NCBI GenBank assembly: GCA_038735675.1
Contig: JAVYNJ010000021.1
Coordinates: forward strand, 1-6,792
Reading direction: 5' to 3'
Length of the DNA: 6,792 nt
Origin: Nanopusillaceae archaeon
Lineage (GTDB): Archaea; Nanobdellota; Nanobdellia; Nanobdellales; Nanobdellaceae
The translations under genes were made by a program, and so were the position numbers. The stretch's first letter is position 1, and each line of letters opens with the position of its first letter. The notes under the pieces are model-generated. The model worked only from the letters and a program-made list of their open reading frames with translations, was not told where the DNA came from and searched no databases. Shown here one piece after another: positions 1-4,585 of the stretch.

Positions 1-134
1 CAAATCCTTCAGAAGAAAGATTAATATCAGTTGATATAATTTTATAAAAATCTTTTAACTAATGAAATAGTATTTATTCCGGCTGGTCCTCCAGCACCAG
101 TAACAAGTATAGTTATGTTACTATTACTACTCAT
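1..134 (-). CDS. 5' end of a gene running off the window: GxGGxxG nucleotide-binding N-terminus (possibly an ATP-grasp or Rossmann-type enzyme). The reading frame is broken after codon 30.
   Basis: ATG at 134-132 gives MSSNSNITILVTGAGGPAGINTISLVKRFL, then TAA at 44-42. The +1 frame stays open to position 1 and reads (K)DFYKIISTDINLSSEGF. The frame switch falls in the homopolymers at 46-50 (A5) and 53-56 (T4). The start is 8 nt downstream of the kinase stop. Confidence 0.35.
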
Positions 135-142
135 AAATAGTA

Positions 143-703
143 CTACAAAAAAATCTTTATAAAATTTTTTATATTGTTATAACTTTCTTTGGAATACAAT
201 TTCTTATACTCTTTTAGAAGATTTAATAACTCATTTGAAATATTTATTATTCTTTTATTTATCAAAAATTGAATAAATTGGTTTAAATTTTGAGGTTTCT
301 TAGTTTTTTTAGCTCTTTCCCAATCTATAAAAACAATTCTATTTTCTAATATTATTATATGCTTTTCAGGCCTGTGCATTTCTTCTTTATTAATTTTTAA
401 CTTATCTAAAAGATAGCAAATATCTAAAATTTTTTCGATATATTTTTTAATTTCTTCTTTATTCAAATCTTCTAAAAATTTTCCATTAATATATTCCATT
501 TCTATCCATTTTTCTTTATCGTCCCAAGAAATAATTTTTGGAACAAAGTCATAATTCTTTAATTCTAATAAAAAATTTTTTTCTTTTTCATAATTTTTTT
601 CTAATCCTTTTTTAAATTTTTTAATTATTGTATTTCTTTCTGTTAAAAATATTTCTGCATGCCAACCTTCATCTATCTTTTTCATTTTAAAATTTCTTTT
701 CAC
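143..703 (-). CDS. Small atypical protein-kinase-fold protein (Bud32/RIO-like); candidate KEOPS Bud32 or a related archaeal mini-kinase
   Basis: 186-aa ORF, with an alternative start at M7 (685). The motif order fits a minimal kinase: GWHAEIF...IIKKF (Gly-loop and Lys), WIEMEYINGKFL (hinge), then MHRPEKHIIIL...VFIDWERA where Bud32 has HGDLTTSN...IDFG. It overlaps the upstream endonuclease paralog by 17 nt and lies in the kae1 neighbourhood. Confidence 0.5.
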   Translation of the reverse strand: MKRNFKMKKIDEGWHAEIFLTERNTIIKKFKKGLEKNYEKEKNFLLELKNYDFVPKIISWDDKEKWIEMEYINGKFLEDLNKEEIKKYIEKILDICYLLDKLKINKEEMHRPEKHIIILENRIVFIDWERAKKTKKPQNLNQFIQFLINKRIINISNELLNLLKEYKKLYSKESYNNIKNFIKIFL

Positions 704-1166
704 TTATCTTATAATAAACTATTTTGTATTCAAAATCTATAATTCCCAATAGTAATTCGCAATTTATTTTTTTAGCCTCTTCTAATAAATCTAATATTTT
801 TTTCCAATTTAATATCTCATTTTCAAATACAGGATAAATTAAATAAATTGGTTTGTTTCTAAAACCTCTCTCGTGTAAAATTATTTTTCCATCATAAATA
901 TCAAAATAGTATCCTAAATCTCTAATATCCTTTAAAACTAAATATAGTTTATAATTTATTCTTTCTAAAAATTTTTCTAAAAATTCTCTTTTATTTAATT
1001 TATTTCCATTAAAATCTACCAATCCCCATTCTTTCTCTAAAATATATAATACTTCTTCAGGTTCTAAATATATCTTTTCGTTAATTTTTCCAATTTTTCC
1101 AATAGAATCATAAAATTCTTTTTCTAAATAGAATTTTCCATCAAATTTTATTATAACCTTTTCCAT
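687..1166 (-). CDS. tRNA-splicing endonuclease paralog lacking the catalytic triad (structural/beta subunit)
   Basis: 159-aa ORF. YLEPEEVLYILEKEWGLVDF...YKLYLVLKDIRDLGYYF parallels the EndA N-domain and the Y.VY.DLR..G motif of the neighbouring catalytic subunit. The C-terminal 51 aa align without gaps to the catalytic subunit, but Tyr, His and Lys are replaced: IILHE vs LRVYE, NKP vs EHS, NCE vs RKK. Confidence 0.7.
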   Translation of the reverse strand: MEKVIIKFDGKFYLEKEFYDSIGKIGKINEKIYLEPEEVLYILEKEWGLVDFNGNKLNKREFLEKFLERINYKLYLVLKDIRDLGYYFDIYDGKIILHERGFRNKPIYLIYPVFENEILNWKKILDLLEEAKKINCELLLGIIDFEYKIVYYKISEKKF

Positions 1167-1570
1167 TCTATTTCCAAATATTTAATATTCTTATCTATAA
1201 CAGCCACTAACAATTTTTTTCTAGTACTATGAGCTACCCTATTTTTTGCTAAAAAATCATATAAACTAAAATCTTCATTAATCCTTACTGGAAAGCAAAT
1301 CCATTTAGAATGCTCGTCTGTAGGATTTTCATAAACTCTTAAATTTCCTCCAAATTTTAATCCAGTACCAACAAAATACTTTTTATCTCTTAAATCTTTA
1401 TAAACAGAATATATTTTTTCTAAATTTTTTTCTTTTATTATTTTTTCAAAATTAATTTTTTTACCATAACAATCAAATATTTCGATTTTTCCTTTTTCAG
1501 ATAAATATAAAACTTCTAAAAATGGTAATGAGGTTCCAATAAATATACCATCTTTATATATAACTTTCAT
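1151..1570 (-). CDS. endA: tRNA-splicing endonuclease, catalytic (alpha) subunit
   Basis: I used M66 of the 204-aa track ORF (cat at 1568-1570), giving 139 aa. The upstream 65 codons are antisense to the kae1 start and look like noise. Hallmarks: YSVYKDLRDKKYFVGTGLKFGGNLRVYE (catalytic Tyr), DEHSKWI (His), RVAHSTRKKLLVAVID (Lys). It overlaps the beta gene by 16 nt. Confidence 0.85.
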   Translation of the reverse strand: MKVIYKDGIFIGTSLPFLEVLYLSEKGKIEIFDCYGKKINFEKIIKEKNLEKIYSVYKDLRDKKYFVGTGLKFGGNLRVYENPTDEHSKWICFPVRINEDFSLYDFLAKNRVAHSTRKKLLVAVIDKNIKYLEIEWKRL

Positions 1571-1595
1571 AATATTATTTTTCAAAGAAATATTT

Positions 1596-2789
1596 ATGAT
1601 AAGTTTAGGTATAGAATCTACAGCACATACATTTTCAATAGGAATAGTTGATAAAGAAAGAATATATTCTAATGAAAGAGTAATATATAAAACAGAAAAG
1701 GGAGGAATACATCCAAGAGAAGCTGCAGAATTGCATTCAAAAGAAGCAATAAATATTTTAAACAAGGCAATATGGAAAGCGGGATTTATTTATAAAAAAG
1801 TATATGATAAATATTTGATAGTTGATGTTTTAAGTGAAATAAAAGAAAATTTCCTTTGTGAAGAAAAATTTAATGAAGATCCTTGGAATAGATATAGATA
1901 TGTAATCTTAGAAGGAAAAAAAGTATGGATAGAGAATAATGAAATAAAATCAGAAGATAAAGATTTAGAAAAAAAATTAAATGAATATGTTAAAAATATT
2001 AAAGATTTTAATAAAAAAATAGATTTAATTTCTTTCTCTGCTGGACCTGGTTTATATCCAACATTAGTTCAAGGGAAATTTTTGGCAGATTTATTATCTA
2101 AAAAATTTAATTTAAAAAAAATAGGTGTAAATCATTTAATTGCTCATGTAGAAATTGTAAAATTTTATAATAAATTTAAAGATCCTGTAGTTTTATTAGT
2201 TACTGGCGCAAATACAATGATTTTAGCATTAGAAGGAAATAAATATAGAATTTTTGGAGAAACTTTAGATATAGGTGTCGGAAATTTTTTAGATAAAGTT
2301 GGGAGATTGTTAGGATTAGGATTTCCCGCAGGACCAAAAATTGAAGAAATTGCAAAAAATGGAAAAAATTTGATTAAATTACCATATACAGTTAAAGGCA
2401 TGGATATACAATTAGGTGGTTTATATACTTATATTAAAAAAATATTAGAAGAAAAAAAGTATTCTATAGAAGATATTGCATATTCTATTCAAGAATATGT
2501 TTTTTCTATGCTGGCAGAAATATCTGAAAGAGCAATTGCTCATTTAAATAAAAAAGAATTTGGTTTGACTGGGGGAGTAGCTGTAAATAAGAGGTTACAA
2601 GAAATTTTACAAAAGATGTGTGAAGAAAGAAACATAAAATTTGGAACAGTTCCTATAGATTTGGGAAATGATAATGGAGCAATGATTGCATATACTGGAT
2701 TGTTATGGTATGAAAAGGGAATTCAGGGGAAAGAAGATATAGACCCGTACTGGAGACCAGAGACAGTAGAATATACATTAAAAAAGTAA
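1596..2789 (+). CDS. kae1: Kae1 (tRNA N6-adenosine threonylcarbamoyltransferase, KEOPS catalytic subunit) with a lineage-specific internal insertion
   Basis: 397-aa ORF. GIESTAHTF, IHPREAAELH, SFSAGPGL, VNHLIAHVE (HxxxH metal site, 2133-2147), FGETLDIGVGNFLDK, YTVKGMD, LTGGVAVN, GNDNGAMIA and WRPETVEY are collinear with archaeal Kae1, as I recall the M. jannaschii sequence. Confidence 0.92.
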   Translation: MISLGIESTAHTFSIGIVDKERIYSNERVIYKTEKGGIHPREAAELHSKEAINILNKAIWKAGFIYKKVYDKYLIVDVLSEIKENFLCEEKFNEDPWNRYRYVILEGKKVWIENNEIKSEDKDLEKKLNEYVKNIKDFNKKIDLISFSAGPGLYPTLVQGKFLADLLSKKFNLKKIGVNHLIAHVEIVKFYNKFKDPVVLLVTGANTMILALEGNKYRIFGETLDIGVGNFLDKVGRLLGLGFPAGPKIEEIAKNGKNLIKLPYTVKGMDIQLGGLYTYIKKILEEKKYSIEDIAYSIQEYVFSMLAEISERAIAHLNKKEFGLTGGVAVNKRLQEILQKMCEERNIKFGTVPIDLGNDNGAMIAYTGLLWYEKGIQGKEDIDPYWRPETVEYTLKK

Positions 2790-3663
2790 TTATTGGTAAT
2801 ATTAAATTATCATCAATTTTTCTTATAAAATATTCTGATATAGAAACAACAATAGCAATTATTGGATTTGTTCTTGTTGCAAGTACAGAAATAATTCCAC
2901 CGATAAATCCGCCAAATAAGCCATAAATGCTTTTTTTATCTTCATTATTGAATAATTTTCCAAAAGTAGAAGATAGCCCATCTATCCAAGCTAAATAAAT
3001 TGGAATGAAATAAGGATTTATATCTAATGCATATGAAATAAGACTGGTAGAAAAAATACCTAAAACAAAAGTAAAAGCTTCATAACCTGTCGAATCTTTG
3101 CTATAATTTTGTAGAAACATTTTTATAAAGAAGAAATCTTTTAACAAATAGAGTATTACTCCAAATAATAATAAAAAAATCATAAATAAAAGTCCTAAAA
3201 AAGGATATAAAAATAATATATATCCTATCAAGCTTCCAAGCCCAATATGTATTACTTTTCTATGTATAAACCTCTCTAATCTTTTTTCCAATTTATTAAA
3301 AATAATAATAAAAAATATTGAAAAAATGTATCCAAACAAAACTTGAAATATATCATGTACTCCTGCTAAAATTCTAAAACTACCTATTATTAAAGAGTAT
3401 ACAAGAAATAAAAATTTGTATTTTATATTATCATAAACAAAAAATGGAATAATTGAGAGCGAGGCATGAGTACTTGGAAAAGAAAAAGGATCTATATAAG
3501 GTCTCTCTATTCTAAATATTAATTTAAGAGTTAAATTTGTTCCTAAAATCAGAAAAAAATATGAAAAATATTTTCTAACTTTATTTTCATCTTTCTTAAT
3601 TAATTTTATTAAGGCATCAACCGGAATTAATAATAAAAGAATAGTTGAAATTAAATCAAACAT
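2653..3663 (-). CDS. Polytopic membrane protein: N-terminal PAP2-type (polyprenyl-di)phosphate phosphatase fused to a C-terminal CTP-dependent polyprenol/dolichol kinase-like domain
   Basis: 336 aa. PAP2 motifs: KLIFRIERP (Kx6RP, 3499-3525), PSTH (3466-3477) and FRILAGVHD (3352-3381). From about aa 133 come dolichol/phytol-kinase (COG0170, CTP_transf_1 superfamily) hallmarks: RKVIHIG, WIDGLSSTFGKLF, KKSIYGLFGGF, IDDNLILPI. It is hydrophobic throughout. The last ~45 codons are antisense to the kae1 3' end. Confidence 0.7.
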   Translation of the reverse strand: MFDLISTILLLLIPVDALIKLIKKDENKVRKYFSYFFLILGTNLTLKLIFRIERPYIDPFSFPSTHASLSIIPFFVYDNIKYKFLFLVYSLIIGSFRILAGVHDIFQVLFGYIFSIFFIIIFNKLEKRLERFIHRKVIHIGLGSLIGYILFLYPFLGLLFMIFLLLFGVILYLLKDFFFIKMFLQNYSKDSTGYEAFTFVLGIFSTSLISYALDINPYFIPIYLAWIDGLSSTFGKLFNNEDKKSIYGLFGGFIGGIISVLATRTNPIIAIVVSISEYFIRKIDDNLILPIITFLMYILLSLVSSTGLYLLSPEFPFHTITIQYMQSLLHYHFPNL

Positions 3664-3710
3664 TTATTGATAAAATTTTTAAAAAATTTAAATAAATTTC
3701 TTAATTTATA
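3664..3710. promoter_or_regulatory. 47-nt divergent intergenic region, likely holding TATA boxes for both the membrane-protein gene (-) and the uL29-like/SUI1/Rpp29 operon (+)
   Basis: It contains ttttaaaa (3677-3684) and tttaaata (3687-3694), 17-34 nt upstream of ATG 3711. The complementary strand has A/T boxes about 15-30 nt upstream of ATG 3663. No room for long leaders. The background is ~100% AT, so specificity is low. Confidence 0.3.
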
Positions 3711-3842
3711 ATGATGTCTCTTGAAAAGGTCTTTGAATTAATAAAGTTAAGGAGTTTAGCTGGACAAAAAATTTTGAGTGGTAACGTAAAAGCTATAAGA
3801 AATTTGAGGAAAGAAATGGCTAAAGAAAAGGCAAAAAGATGA
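3711..3842 (+). CDS. rpl29: 43-aa uL29-like protein (short ribosomal protein L29 homolog)
   Basis: Not in the ORF track. ATG ATG at 3711 gives MMSLEKVFELIKLRSLAGQKILSGNVKAIRNLRKEMAKEKAKR. The stop TGA (3840-3842) overlaps the SUI1 ATG (3839-3841) as ATGA. LR..AGQ-x9-IR..RK..AK resembles the L29 core (E. coli, from memory: [28 protein letters not shown]). L29 - SUI1 - Rpp29 is the conserved archaeal gene order. Confidence 0.5.
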   Translation: MMSLEKVFELIKLRSLAGQKILSGNVKAIRNLRKEMAKEKAKR

Positions 3843-4147
3843 AAAAGAAACTTTTTGTAGGTTTACCTACAGATATAGAAGAGAGTTTAGAGACTATAGA
3901 AAAAGAGGCTCAGAAAATTATTATTAGAACGGAAAAAAGAAGTTATGGGAAGATAGTTACTATTATTAATGGAATTGAGCAAAATATAGCTGAAGGTTTA
4001 GTTAAAAAATTAAAACAGAAACTTGGTTGTGGAGGTACTTATAAAAATGGTGTTATTGAATTACAGGGGGATCATAGAGATAAAATAAAAAAGTTATTAG
4101 TAGATGAAGGATTTAGAGAAGAAAACATTGAAATTTCAAAAGATTAA
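3839..4147 (+). CDS. sui1: Translation initiation factor aIF1 (SUI1/eIF1 family)
   Basis: 102 aa. RTEKRSYGKIVTIINGIE...LKQKLGCGGTYKNGVIELQGDHRDKIKKLLVDEGF is the canonical SUI1 domain. Confidence 0.9.
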   Translation: MKKKLFVGLPTDIEESLETIEKEAQKIIIRTEKRSYGKIVTIINGIEQNIAEGLVKKLKQKLGCGGTYKNGVIELQGDHRDKIKKLLVDEGFREENIEISKD

Positions 4148-4415
4148 AAATTTTATAAGAGGGGAATTTATTGGATTAAAAGTTCAAGTTTTAGATAGCA
4201 AAATTAGCAGTTTAAAGGGAATATATGGGACCGTTGTTGATGAAACAAAAAATACAATAGTAGTTGAAGATGAAAGTGGAAGAAGATTTATAATTCCTAA
4301 AGCTCTTTCTAAATTTCTTTTTTATTATAATGATTATATAATTTTTATTAATGGTAAAATAATAAATAAAAGACCTTGGGAAAGACTGAAAATAAAAATA
4401 GTAAAAAGGATCTAA
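4104..4415 (+). CDS. rnp1: RNase P protein component 1 (Rpp29/Pop4 family)
   Basis: 103 aa. GEFIGLKVQVLDSKISSLKGIYGTVVDETKNTIVVED...IPKALSKFLF...INGKIINKRPWERLK matches the Rpp29 Sm-like fold signature (ELIGL.V.V..S...G..G.VVDETKNT...PK....F.....G..L..RPE.R). ATG 4104 overlaps SUI1 by 44 nt, and an in-frame TTG at 4128 is an alternative start. Confidence 0.85.
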   Translation: MKDLEKKTLKFQKIKNFIRGEFIGLKVQVLDSKISSLKGIYGTVVDETKNTIVVEDESGRRFIIPKALSKFLFYYNDYIIFINGKIINKRPWERLKIKIVKRI

Positions 4416-4420
4416 TTTTT
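4416..4420 (+). terminator. Oligo-T tract directly after the Rpp29 stop (possible archaeal intrinsic terminator)
   Basis: taa TTTTT g immediately after the stop at 4413-4415. Archaeal RNAP terminates at T-runs, but T5 is common in this AT-rich DNA. Confidence 0.25.
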
Positions 4421-4432
4421 GTTAATTATGTC

Positions 4433-4506
4433 TGGGGCGGGAGGGATTTGAACCCTCGACCCTCCGGTCTTCAGCCGGATGCTCTCCCGGGCTGAGCTAC
4501 CGCCCC
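4433..4506 (-). tRNA. tRNA-Phe (anticodon GAA), no intron, CCA not encoded
   Basis: Hand-folded reverse complement: GGGGCGG TA GCTC AGCCCGGGA GAGC A TCCGG CTGAAGA CCGGA GGGTC GAGGG TTCAAAT CCCTC CCGCCCC A. All stems are Watson-Crick, with U33, GG in the D-loop, TTCAAAT T-loop and discriminator A. Total 74 nt. Confidence 0.9.
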
Positions 4507-4554
4507 AAGATATATCTTAGAATTCTTATTAATTATTTCTTTAAATTCTTTAAG

Positions 4555-4562
4555 TTTATAAA
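4555..4562 (+). promoter_or_regulatory. TATA-box candidate for the AbiEii-like gene (leaderless transcript)
   Basis: tttataaa lies 24-31 nt upstream of ATG 4586 and is close to the archaeal TTTAWATA consensus. There is no Shine-Dalgarno-like element. Confidence 0.4.
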
Positions 4563-4585
4563 TTGTAACCACTAATAAATAGTAA

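Noticed and set aside
1571-1765. N-terminal 65 codons of the 204-aa track ORF (MFKIFIASFECNSAAS...)
   Set aside because: This stretch is antisense to the conserved kae1 N-terminus and has no similarity to EndA. The EndA homology starts at the internal ATG (1570-1568), which yields a normal-sized catalytic subunit.
1773-2018. Kae1 insertion as an intein or an endonuclease-spliced (BHB) mRNA intron
   Set aside because: There is no Cys/Ser/Thr-start or His-Asn-end intein junction, and the segment is too short for an intein. The segment is in frame, stop-free and compositionally like the gene, and I could not find flanking complementary helices for a bulge-helix-bulge. A translated insertion is the simpler reading. 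It remains worth an RNA-seq check because the splicing endonuclease genes are next door.
2165-2401. 78-aa ORF on the minus strand
   Set aside because: It lies entirely antisense to the best-conserved core of kae1 (FGETLDIGVGNFLDK...YTVKGMD), the peptide is low-complexity with no motif, and it is most simply a shadow ORF.
4237-4243. C-box-like ttgatga, and other near matches at 3711-3717 and 5407-5414, as possible C/D box sRNAs
   Set aside because: They lie inside or at the start of coding sequence, deviate from RUGAUGA, and have no CUGA D box at the right distance (50-70 nt) and no terminal stem.
4507-4526. Two back-to-back perfect palindromes (aagatatatctt, agaattct) abutting the 5' end of tRNA-Phe
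   Set aside because: Short A/T palindromes are expected by chance in DNA this AT-rich, and I found no second copy or partner site in the window. They may simply be part of the tRNA promoter/leader region.
4537-4554. Tandem 9-mer ttctttaaa / ttctttaag just upstream of the AbiEii-like TATA box
   Set aside because: There are only two units of low-complexity sequence. It could be an operator, but there is no regulator gene to bind it and no way to separate it from chance here.
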